A stretch of 64,000 nt of DNA, taken from positions 64,001 to 128,000 of the IMG/VR virus record IMGVR_UViG_3300028591_000003. One strand, 5' to 3'. Source of the stretch: a virus. Its lineage: Duplodnaviria > Caudoviricetes. The notes under the pieces were generated by a model. The model was not told the origin of the DNA. It saw only the letters and a program-made list of their open reading frames with translations, and did no database searches. Of the stretch, positions 1 to 7,483 are shown piece by piece. The first letter of the stretch is position 1. Each line of letters begins with the position of its first letter. Both the position numbers and the translations under genes were made by a program.

Positions 1-212
1 TTTTTAATTGTCGTCATAATTATTTCTCTTTTAAATCCATTGTTCTTCTATAAAGTTCTTTGCCTTAACAAGTTCATCCTTTATAAGTGAGACATTAGAG
101 CCTGTTGATATATTAACATGAGTAAGAAGTAGCACTAACTCATTAAGTTCTTCTTTACTTAGTGTAAGTGTTGTTTCTTCTGTTCCTAGGTTTACTACTG
201 CTTTTGCCATAG

Positions 213-467
213 TTATTTCTCCTTATCTTTATAAACCACTACACTATCAACTGGAACTCCATCTTTGTAGGTAATTTCAAGAGTAGTTTTATCTTGATAT
301 ACGTCCATTGCTGTAGGTTCGCAACTTTCTTGACACATCATTACACCACTTGATAAAAGATATGCACCCGTTATACCCAAAAGGAAGGACTGAATATCTC
401 TATTCGTGACTAGACAAACTAAGCCTATCATTATCATAATTGAACCGATTATAATAAATATTTCCAT
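213..467 (-). CDS. small membrane protein, hypothetical
   Basis: 84-aa ORF with two hydrophobic segments in a run of tandem minus-strand genes. Confidence 0.7.
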   Translation of the reverse strand: MEIFIIIGSIMIMIGLVCLVTNRDIQSFLLGITGAYLLSSGVMMCQESCEPTAMDVYQDKTTLEITYKDGVPVDSVVVYKDKEK

Positions 468-480
468 AACTATTTCTCCT

Positions 481-744
481 TTAATTTCTGCTTTCTATAA
501 ATACAACCTTACCTTCCCATACTCCATACATGGAACTCTCCTGAAAGACCTTTATCTTTGGTTTATAGTTAGAATCCATTGGTTCTGTGAGATACCATAG
601 GTTTGATTCTTTCCATGTTGCCTCAATAAGTTTTTGTCCTGGTTCAAGTTTGATGTTTGTAGTTCCACCAATATTACGTGCTACATACTGATCACATCCC
701 ACCATCAACAATGCTATAAATACTAACAATATCAGTTTCTTCAT
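481..744 (-). CDS. small putative lipoprotein
   Basis: MKK-hydrophobic-LMVGC lipobox-type N-terminus. Confidence 0.75.
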   Translation of the reverse strand: MKKLILLVFIALLMVGCDQYVARNIGGTTNIKLEPGQKLIEATWKESNLWYLTEPMDSNYKPKIKVFQESSMYGVWEGKVVFIESRN

Positions 745-756
745 TTTATTTTTCTT

Positions 757-1008
757 TTAATTACCAATTCTTTTAACAGTTATCACTAAGGTATCTCCAA
801 TATTAAAATCTGTAGTATCACGGTAAGAATAATCATACCAATTACTACCACCTACTTTAATAAGATTATAGGTGAACTTTTCAGGCCTTTTACTTTTTGA
901 TATTACTACATATTTTGCTCCGTTAATAATATCCAAACCTTCCATTGTCATATTATCACCACACCCAAACATCAAGACGGCAAGTACTAATAGAATAATC
1001 TTTTTCAT
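757..1008 (-). CDS. small putative lipoprotein
   Basis: MKK-hydrophobic-MFGC lipobox-type N-terminus. Confidence 0.7.
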   Translation of the reverse strand: MKKIILLVLAVLMFGCGDNMTMEGLDIINGAKYVVISKSKRPEKFTYNLIKVGGSNWYDYSYRDTTDFNIGDTLVITVKRIGN

Positions 1009-1012
1009 AGTC

Positions 1013-1225
1013 TTATTTTTTTAGTTGTTCAATAGTATCTTTGATTATCCATAAAAGAGCCTTACCGTAGTCATTGAGAAGTTTGTCTTCTTTTGGAAGA
1101 ACCTCCTCTATTTCATCAAGCACATAGTTTGCACCTGTCTTATATGCCAAAAATGCAGCATTGTTAGTTACTGGATTTGTTATGTCAGAAGTATATTCTT
1201 CTGCCTTTTCTTTTATACTTTTCAT
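1013..1225 (-). CDS. hypothetical phage protein
   Basis: 70-aa ORF in tandem run; IKEKAEEY...AYKTGANY pattern typical of small Bacteroidota phage proteins. Confidence 0.7.
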   Translation of the reverse strand: MKSIKEKAEEYTSDITNPVTNNAAFLAYKTGANYVLDEIEEVLPKEDKLLNDYGKALLWIIKDTIEQLKK

Positions 1226-1323
1226 ACGCTTTATTTCTTTAGTAGTTCAAATTTTCACTTAATTTATAAAAAAAGAAAGGGAGTCCAATGGAAAACTCCA
1301 CCGAACTCCCTTAAAAATCTATG

Positions 1324-1397
1324 TACATAGGGTAGGATTCGAACCTACGAAAGCTAGTTTGTAATACTAGATGCTTAAACCACTTGCATACCTATGC
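1324..1397 (-). tRNA. tRNA with TAC anticodon (Val), atypical body
   Basis: GCATAGG/CCTATGT acceptor, CTAGT-ATTACAA-ACTAG anticodon arm, GTAGG-TTCGAAT-CCTAC T arm. Confidence 0.75.
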
Positions 1398-1403
1398 GTT
1401 AAG

Positions 1404-1516
1404 AGAGATACTTTATAATAATCAATGCAGGATTTGAACCTGCTACTTCAATTTTAACAAAATTGCGCTCTATCCATATGAGCTAATCGATCAAAATCAG
1501 TGTTGTAAGTATCTCT
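1404..1516 (-). ncRNA. handle RNA enclosing a tRNA-Asn(GTT)-like body (1420-1492)
   Basis: AGAGATACTTACAACA...AGTATCTCT helix flanks a cloverleaf with CAATT-TTGTTAA-AATTG anticodon arm. Confidence 0.75.
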
Positions 1517-1735
1517 ATTCTCTAAAACAAATAGCTTCAAATAAAAAAGATGATGTTTACCAGACATCATCTGTTATTTACCAAAAATCTAGAATTTAGT
1601 AAACCTATTAGTTTTCGTCACGCAACCACTAACAAAACTCGTCTCTTCATATGGTCAAGAAATAACCCCGATTTCGCTCTTACATTGCTAAATCTAGTCA
1701 CAAATTCTGTTTTACATCTAGAATTAAGATGGGTG

Positions 1736-1807
1736 CGGTCTATGACGGTTACGATCCGTCCTCACTACTGTGACAGAGTAGTATCCTAACCAATGAACGA
1801 ATAGACC
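1736..1807 (-). tRNA. tRNA-Asp(GTC)
   Basis: GGTCTAT/ATAGACC acceptor, CTACT-CTGTCAC-AGTAG anticodon arm, G discriminator. Confidence 0.9.
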
Positions 1808-1813
1808 ATTATC

Positions 1814-2446
1814 TTATAGATTTATTAAACCTTTTTCTAACATTGCATGATGATTAGGGCATAGCCAAACTAAATTATTTTCATTATTTATTTCTTTAAT
1901 TAAAGTGTCTTCTGAAAATTCTAAAATTCCTTTTATATGATGTACTTCAAGTATTTCATCAAATTCATGATTTTTACAATAAGCACAAACTTTTTCTTTA
2001 TCAGATTTTTCTAATATTTTTCTTGCGTTTTTCCTAATTTCTCCACATTTAGTTGTGAGATATTTTTGTCCTGAAATATAATATCCTAAAGTTTTTTCTC
2101 CTATTGTTCCCCTTTTCTTGTTATAACATTCCAAACATATTTCAGAATGTACATCTTTAGGCTTTCCACATATAGGACAAATCTTATTAGGATTTTTTTC
2201 ATGTATATCTGTTCTGCCTTTGTTAAAGGTTTCAGATTCATTAATTATTCTTCTTCGAGGTAATTCAATTCCTAATTTTCTAGCAACTTTTTTAATATTA
2301 CTTCCAGAACAACCATATCTTCTACCTATTTCTTCATAACTGACTTTTTCTATATTTATAAGTCTTTCTAATTCTTCTTTTTCAGAATCCCATTTTGACA
2401 TATTTACAAACGAAGGGTTTTTAATCTTCGTACTATAAATATACAT
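1814..2446 (-). CDS. free-standing HNH endonuclease with N-terminal HTH and zinc fingers
   Basis: SYEEIGRRYGCSGSNIKK HTH; CPICG..CLEC; CAYC...LEVHHI...NLVWLCPNHH HNH motif. Confidence 0.9.
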   Translation of the reverse strand: MYIYSTKIKNPSFVNMSKWDSEKEELERLINIEKVSYEEIGRRYGCSGSNIKKVARKLGIELPRRRIINESETFNKGRTDIHEKNPNKICPICGKPKDVHSEICLECYNKKRGTIGEKTLGYYISGQKYLTTKCGEIRKNARKILEKSDKEKVCAYCKNHEFDEILEVHHIKGILEFSEDTLIKEINNENNLVWLCPNHHAMLEKGLINL

Positions 2447-2519
2447 TTTGAGTTCGAAAAATCAAACTTAAACTTATAAATTTAAGAAATTTTAACAATT
2501 ATAAAATAATACAATTTAG

Positions 2520-3094
2520 TACACCAGGTAGGATTCGAACCTACGACCTACTGCTTCATACTACTCTATGTTGCCATAGCCAAACAATGTCCTATTCTTA
2601 GACGATTAGATTTCCATCCTGCTAGGCATTTCACCACGCATTTTGTTTGTTGTAGTCTGGAATACATTATTACCATATTGAAATCCTTGCAAGTAACTAA
2701 GTCCGTTCATTCCCTTCTCATTTCCATCATTTCTGATTTCTCGGGTGTCTTCTTAGTAATTTCAATTTAGGTATCTCCTCTATACTCTCTACACGTTTAT
2801 AAGAAATAAGTGTCCACTCCTACAACACCTTTCGCTATATAAGCTAATGCTTCCATCATACAATACAATGGTATTTCTTAATTTAGCACGGTATTATCCT
2901 TACACATTATTGATTAGTGTTGTTAATCCTGTACTGATTTAACAGCTTAATGAGCGAATTGTTAACATCATTGCTCACACTCTTAGAAAAAGGACTTCCA
3001 CCGTTTTAGGGAGATTCTACATAGGACTTTCGTGCCCATGCATCCAATTTATTTATAGAAGGCAGTTGCTCTAATCCAGCTGAGCTACTGGTGC
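2520..3094 (-). tRNA. tRNA-Arg(TCT) split by a group I intron (exons 3094-3057 and 2556-2520)
   Basis: Joined exons give GCACCAG/CTGGTGT acceptor, ACTGC-CTTCT|AA-GCAGT anticodon arm and canonical T arm. Confidence 0.9.
2557..3056 (-). mobile_element. group I intron in tRNA-Arg(TCT), inserted after the anticodon, no ORF
   Basis: Exon ends in U, intron ends in G; core blocks (AATCTCC..AAA.CGGTGGAA.TCC, ATACCG.GC.AAAT, GTGTAGAGA, GGAGATACCTAA, CCAGAC.ACAAC) shared with the intron at 4356-4850. Confidence 0.85.
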
Positions 3095-3098
3095 TTAA

Positions 3099-3163
3099 AA
3101 AGATACTTATTTTTATAACCATCCTATATTTATGTTTTATTAAAAATAGTTGTAAGTATCTTT
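3099..3163 (-). ncRNA. handle RNA with non-tRNA payload
   Basis: AAAGATACTTACAAC...AAGTATCTTT terminal helix. Confidence 0.65.
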
Positions 3164-3229
3164 ATTAACTCTGGATTATCCAAAAACTCCTCTGTTAGGG
3201 AGAGGTGAGTTAATTACTCCAGTTAATAG

Positions 3230-3305
3230 TGGACCTGGAGGGGCATGATCCCTCAACCTTCTGGTTGCAAACCAGACGTTCTAGCCAAATTAGAACTACA
3301 AGCCC
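3230..3305 (-). tRNA. tRNA-Ala(TGC)
   Basis: TCTGG-TTTGCAA-CCAGA anticodon arm; G3:U70 pair present. Confidence 0.9.
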
Positions 3306-3312
3306 TTAAAAG

Positions 3313-3386
3313 TGCGATCACTGGGACTCGAACCCAGGCCACACGGATTAAAAATCCGTTGCTCTAGCCTACTGAGCTATGGTCGC
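3313..3386 (-). tRNA. tRNA-Lys(TTT)
   Basis: ACGGA-TTTTTAA-TCCGT anticodon arm, canonical D and T arms. Confidence 0.9.
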
Positions 3387-3589
3387 AACTACCCAAGTAA
3401 ATAAAATTTAAATAGTCATCCATTTTGTTTGCTTTGGGTACTACTAGTTTATACTAGGAATTTAATTGATTACTCTAGTTACTATGTGGTAATCTGGGTT
3501 ATTTTCCCTCTAACACGGATAGCTTTTAAGGTATTAACTATCAGAACTCCTTTTATTCTTTAACGAGTTCAAAGGCTTACTCGGACTAG

Positions 3590-3661
3590 TCATCGGTAAG
3601 GGAATTGAACCCTTCTTGGCAGGTTGAAAACCTGTAGTCCTAACCACTAGACGAACCGACG
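3590..3661 (-). tRNA. tRNA-Glu(TTC)
   Basis: CAGG-TTTTCAA-CCTG anticodon arm, CGTCGGT/ACCGATG acceptor. Confidence 0.88.
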
Positions 3662-3665
3662 ATAC

Positions 3666-3733
3666 AAGATACTTTCAACAACTAACCTAAACAATTTACA
3701 AACTATGAAAGTAATAAAAATTGTAAGTATCTT
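3666..3733 (-). ncRNA. handle RNA with non-tRNA payload
   Basis: AAGATACTTACAAT...AAGTATCTT terminal helix. Confidence 0.65.
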
Positions 3734-3759
3734 ATATTATAATTATGCCAAAAAAGGAG

Positions 3760-3830
3760 TTGCGGTCGTGTGATTCGAACACCGTTTCAAGGTTATGAGC
3801 CTTGCGAGCTACCATTGCTCCACCACCGCG
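3760..3830 (-). tRNA. tRNA-Met(CAT), initiator-like
   Basis: CGCGG 5' end with C1:A72 mismatch; CAAGG-CTCATAA-CCTTG anticodon arm; irregular T stem. Confidence 0.8.
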
Positions 3831-3837
3831 ATATTAA

Positions 3838-4016
3838 AAAAGAATATTTGACATTACATAACGCTCTATGTATTCAATTGTTATGTTCTAAGAGTAATTT
3901 CACTTGTGCACAACTTTATAGTTACTCTCACCGGGTATTATGAGGCTTGATTCGCGAAAAACCCATAACTCTAACGGCAGTCTTTACCTTAGTTAGAGGG
4001 TCTTAAATATTCTTTT
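3838..4016 (-). ncRNA. multi-hairpin structured RNA candidate
   Basis: 12-bp closing stem AAAAGAATATTT/AAATATTCTTTT around four 6-7 bp hairpins with large loops; strand assumed from neighbours. Confidence 0.55.
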
Positions 4017-4022
4017 ATGAGA

Positions 4023-4146
4023 AAGTTACTTAATAAATATTTGCATTAAACCACTATGCTAATCCGCAAACATGGAGCAGATAATGGATTCGAACCACTG
4101 ATACTTTTTTAAGTATAATATTTTTAACTAATATTGTAAGTAACTT
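4023..4146 (-). ncRNA. handle RNA with circularly permuted tRNA-like domain (YrlA-like topology)
   Basis: Order is handle 5', T arm (GTGG-TTCGAAT-CCAT), loop-closed acceptor (ATCTGC..GCGGAT), D arm (GCAT-AGTGGTTTA-ATGC), handle 3'. Confidence 0.75.
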
Positions 4147-4150
4147 ATAG

Positions 4151-4221
4151 TTGGAGATAGAGGAGTCGGACCTCTCTAATCAGGACCAAAATCTGAGGCA
4201 TTACCGCTATGCTAATCTCCA
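4151..4221 (-). tRNA. tRNA-Gln(TTG)
   Basis: TGGAGAT/ATCTCCA acceptor (U1-A72), TCAGA-TTTTGGT-CCTGA anticodon arm. Confidence 0.88.
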
Positions 4222-4303
4222 ATTTACTACTACTTTTCATCTCGTGAGTAGCCAACGAGTGTTAAAACAGTTTAAATAGTTTATTAATGTCATCACGACA
4301 TCG

Positions 4304-4884
4304 TACGACAGGCGGGGATCGAACCCGCAAGATCTCTACAGACCTGAGGGATTTTCTTACCACTCTATGTTACCATAGCCAAACAAACACATTTTGTCGT
4401 TTAAAGCCGAGCAAGTTCTTAACTTCCATCTGATTTCACCCTTCAAAGAAGTTAATGCAGGCTTTTGTTTGTTGTGGTCTGGACTGTCTCTTTACCATAT
4501 TGAAATTCTTGCAAGTTCGTGACTTATCTCTATATATTGAGGGTTATCAAAAACCATTTTCTTTTGTCCTTATAAATTTCAACTTAGGTATCTCCCGTTC
4601 AGTCTCTACACGATTATAAGAAAAATATTCCTAAGAATATGGGTTGGGAATCGAACCCAACTTTACGCACCCGTAGGTGCACAGGATACCATTACCTGCC
4701 TACACTTCTTATTTTCGCTCGGTATAGTCCTACACATTATTTGTTAGTGTACAGTATTGGATTAAATTATGCACTGCTTTCACCTCAAGGATTTCCACCG
4801 AATTTAGGAGATTCTACTATGGGATTTCTCGCCATAGCACTCAATTTTCTAAGTCCCTTGTGTACACCATTCCACCACTGTCGC
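4304..4884 (-). tRNA. tRNA-Leu(TAA) split by a group I intron (exons 4884-4851 and 4355-4304)
   Basis: Joined exons give AGGGA-CTT|AAAA-TCCCT anticodon arm, long variable arm, GCGACAG/CTGTCGT acceptor. Confidence 0.9.
4356..4850 (-). mobile_element. group I intron within the UAA anticodon of tRNA-Leu, no homing ORF
   Basis: Exon ACTT pairs with intron GAGT (P1 with U:G at the splice site); terminal G; core homologous to intron 2557-3056. Confidence 0.85.
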
Positions 4885-4886
4885 AT

Positions 4887-4968
4887 TTGAGATACTTAAA
4901 TTTATCTTTTACCAACACGTTGTTCCTATATTTATGTTTAATTAAATAAATATTTATAAGTATCTCAA
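4887..4968 (-). ncRNA. handle RNA with non-tRNA payload
   Basis: TTGAGATACTTATAA...AAGTATCTCAA helix; payload shares a 15-mer with 3099-3163. Confidence 0.65.
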
Positions 4969-5022
4969 GATGAACGTAAATAAATTTATTACTTAATTTT
5001 TAAAATCTATAGTTAAAAGATG

Positions 5023-5247
5023 TTAAATCAGTTTAGATAGATTCTGTTTTATGCTAGCGATTTCAGTCTTTAATCGTTCACATTCTTCATTATAACTACG
5101 TCCTTTATGATAGATAGTTCTACCATTTCGTGTTGAAGTCCAAGGTTTCTTGTCTTCACCAGCAGCTTTAAATTTTTCGTAAACTACTTCCAACCTTTGT
5201 AGTGCCATTCTTCTACGGACTACAATATTTCCTTTTCCTTTTGACAT
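5023..5247 (-). CDS. hypothetical basic protein
   Basis: 74-aa ORF in tandem run. Confidence 0.7.
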   Translation of the reverse strand: MSKGKGNIVVRRRMALQRLEVVYEKFKAAGEDKKPWTSTRNGRTIYHKGRSYNEECERLKTEIASIKQNLSKLI

Positions 5248-5250
5248 ATT

Positions 5251-5550
5251 TTAAAAATGTTTTGTTATTAATTTATAAGAATAGTTATCAAATTTTCTCA
5301 TACATTTAGATTCAAATTTAAAAACTTTCTTAATTTCTTCTTCACTCATTCTAACAGACATATGTACTCTGTAAAATTTATCCCAAGAAAAAAGTCTATG
5401 TTTTATGACTTTAAATTTAATATTGTATCCATTCTCTTTAAAAATATCTGGAATAGAGAAAAGCATTCTGTCTTTAATAGAGTAATTCGGATTAGTCCCG
5501 ATATAATCGTAATAATCCTGAACTGTAAAAGCAATTCTATATTTTTCCAT
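5251..5550 (-). CDS. hypothetical protein
   Basis: 99-aa ORF, start overlaps the upstream stop. Confidence 0.7.
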   Translation of the reverse strand: MEKYRIAFTVQDYYDYIGTNPNYSIKDRMLFSIPDIFKENGYNIKFKVIKHRLFSWDKFYRVHMSVRMSEEEIKKVFKFESKCMRKFDNYSYKLITKHF

Positions 5551-5798
5551 TAAATATATTCTATGATCGTTGTTACTTTTTTAATTTCTATAGTATATTC
5601 TATAATAGTATGAAAATAATCATTATCTGGATAAGTATCATATTTATACTTATGAGTTTTAATGATTTCTTCAATATCATCTTCTTTAGGATTTAGTTTT
5701 TCCCATAAAGGAGCAAATTGTTGTTTAAAATAACGATGTCTCCATAATTGGAAATTATCATCATTAATACATTTAACAAAATATTCAACTTTTTCCAT
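5550..5798 (-). CDS. hypothetical protein
   Basis: 82-aa ORF with AAACAAACAACAAACAAT leader as in other left-arm genes. Confidence 0.7.
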   Translation of the reverse strand: MEKVEYFVKCINDDNFQLWRHRYFKQQFAPLWEKLNPKEDDIEEIIKTHKYKYDTYPDNDYFHTIIEYTIEIKKVTTIIEYI

Positions 5799-6076
5799 AT
5801 TGTTTGTTGTTTGTTTAAAAATAAGAAGTGCGTTTCACAACGGACTTCTTTCTTGTAGATGAAAAGCCACTGCTTCTCCATAAATTTTAAAAATTTGAAT
5901 TAGTTCTATTATGATTTTCAATTACATTTTCAAAAAATTTTTCACTATCCTCACTTCCTTTAGAATCTAATCGCAGAACTTTCGACCTTAGAAGATATAC
6001 CAACGTACCCACCCAGGTTGAATAGGAAAACCACACTATTTTTAACGCGTATATTATTAGTGTGTAAAATAAATAG

Positions 6077-6209
6077 TCGGGGGACCAGGAATCGAACCTG
6101 GGACTTAGATTTATGAAATCCTTATTTTATTATGCTTTAAGATGTTGTAGGTATCAAAATGATACTAATGCTTTTATTTTCTTACATGTTACCACTACAC
6201 CATCCCCCA
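6077..6209 (-). ncRNA. tRNA-like RNA (CAT loop) with handle hairpin between D and anticodon arms
   Basis: GGGGGA/TCCCCC acceptor, D arm, insert with AGTATC-ATTTT-GATACCTACAACA, CCAGG-TTCGATT-CCTGG T arm. Confidence 0.7.
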
Positions 6210-6220
6210 TATAATAAATC

Positions 6221-6349
6221 GGAAGGAGAGTTGGACTCGAACCAACAACACTTTGTTTAATAGACAAATACTCTAACCTCTTGAATTTATTAAATTATAA
6301 GTAACTCACGAAATTACTAGAATCAATTTTTATGTTGAGTTATCCGGCC
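6221..6349 (-). ncRNA. tRNA-like RNA (ATT loop) with handle hairpin in the D loop; degenerate acceptor
   Basis: ACTC/GAGT D stem encloses AGTAAT..GTTACTTATAAT; TTTGT-CTATTAA-ACAAA arm; GTTGG-TTCGAGT-CCAAC T arm. Confidence 0.65.
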
Positions 6350-6353
6350 AATT

Positions 6354-6495
6354 TAATCCAAACTCTGTACAGAAACAGTTTCTTTCTTCATTATAGGTGC
6401 GTGTTATCCTAATTTTTACAGATTCAATGAAACTACCTACGTTTAGTTACATTATATCTGACCGCCAATTTCAATATCGCTGTTAGTTTGGATTA
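6354..6495 (-). ncRNA. handle-variant RNA with multi-hairpin payload
   Basis: TAATCCAAACTAACAGC...AGTTTGGATTA: 11-bp helix ending in ACT/AGT followed by AACAGC. Confidence 0.5.
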
Positions 6496-6496
6496 G

Positions 6497-6613
6497 TGGA
6501 GGGAGCAGGAATCGAACCTACATTATAGTCATTTTACGCATGATTAGAAATTTACTATGATTGAATGGTAAGTATCATATGATACTCGTCGTTACCAATA
6601 TTTCAATCCCTCC
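6497..6613 (-). ncRNA. tRNA-Tyr-like RNA (GTA loop) with handle hairpin in the D loop
   Basis: GGAGGGA/TCCCTCC acceptor; AGTATC-ATAT-GATACTTACCA insert; GTAGG-TTCGATT-CCTGC T arm. Confidence 0.7.
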
Positions 6614-6688
6614 AAATTAAAATTAGTAATCTATCTTCACAGACCAATTACTACTGTCAAACCTTAAAAAACATAACAAATTATGCAG

Positions 6689-6806
6689 CGGGGAGTACAA
6701 GAGTCGAACTTGCACTTCTGGAAAATCCCAGAAATTATGAAAGATGTTTTTGTAAGTAATAATTTACTACTCAACATAATCGGGCTTAACCATGCCCAAA
6801 CTCCCC
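6689..6806 (-). ncRNA. tRNA-like RNA with handle replacing the anticodon loop; long variable arm
   Basis: GGGGAGT/ACTCCCC acceptor, GGGC/GCCC D stem, ATTATG/CATAAT stem enclosing AGTAGT..ATTACTTACAAA, TTCTGG/CCAGAA variable arm, T arm. Confidence 0.7.
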
Positions 6807-6810
6807 TAAT

Positions 6811-6916
6811 TAAGATACTAGAAAATACATCTTGGAATCGAACCAAGTACACTCGGCGTTACGGCTGATGCTCTAACCAAATGAGCTAATGTGGTTATAT
6901 TATTGTAAGTATCTTA
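6811..6916 (-). ncRNA. handle RNA enclosing a degenerate tRNA body
   Basis: TAAGATACTTACAAT...AGTATCTTA around GCTC/GAGC D arm and CTTGG-TTCGATT-CCAAG T arm. Confidence 0.7.
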
Positions 6917-6974
6917 TTCGTCTCAAATAAAGAAATTATGATGCAGTTTTTCTTTTATCTGATGCACATCTAAA

Positions 6975-7367
6975 TCATTTTATACTATCATTTTTATTAA
7001 TAGACCAACTATCTACCCATTTGTCTAAAGCTTTTATACATTTATCTGGAAGTTGTTTTGCAGTTGGATTTGATTTAACATAATCAATAGTTCCACCAAC
7101 TCCATAAATAAGAAGTGCTTGATTTGTTGTAGGAATAAATATTTCTCCTAGACAGCAAACAAAGAAAATAGGTATTGTAAACCTAAGAATTTTAATTGAC
7201 AATTTTTGATACATTTTGTATTCAGTACGTTGGTCCTCAACTTCATTGCAATAGTTTACTAAATATACTATAAAAAATGCTATAGAAAGAATAATACTAG
7301 TAACAAGGAATATTGTTAAAACAGTACTGATTGAATCAAATCTTGTAATCCAATAAATTTCATTCAT
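6975..7367 (-). CDS. membrane protein, hypothetical
   Basis: 130 aa with two hydrophobic helices. Confidence 0.8.
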   Translation of the reverse strand: MNEIYWITRFDSISTVLTIFLVTSIILSIAFFIVYLVNYCNEVEDQRTEYKMYQKLSIKILRFTIPIFFVCCLGEIFIPTTNQALLIYGVGGTIDYVKSNPTAKQLPDKCIKALDKWVDSWSINKNDSIK

Positions 7368-7386
7368 ATTATTAAATTTGTTTAAA

Positions 7387-7452
7387 AGGATACTAAAAAT
7401 GTCCCAATTAAAAGTTAGGTGCTTACTAGCAATTTAGTATTATAAGTATCCT
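7387..7452 (-). ncRNA. handle RNA with short non-tRNA payload
   Basis: AGGATACTTATAATA...AGTATCCT helix. Confidence 0.6.
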
Positions 7453-7483
7453 ATTTATTATGAAAGTAATTATTATAAAGTAA

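Noticed and set aside
3165-3229. HDV-like (theta) ribozyme after tRNA-Ala; also looked after the suppressor tRNA
   Set aside because: Could not build the nested P1/P3/P1.1 fold or place the catalytic C
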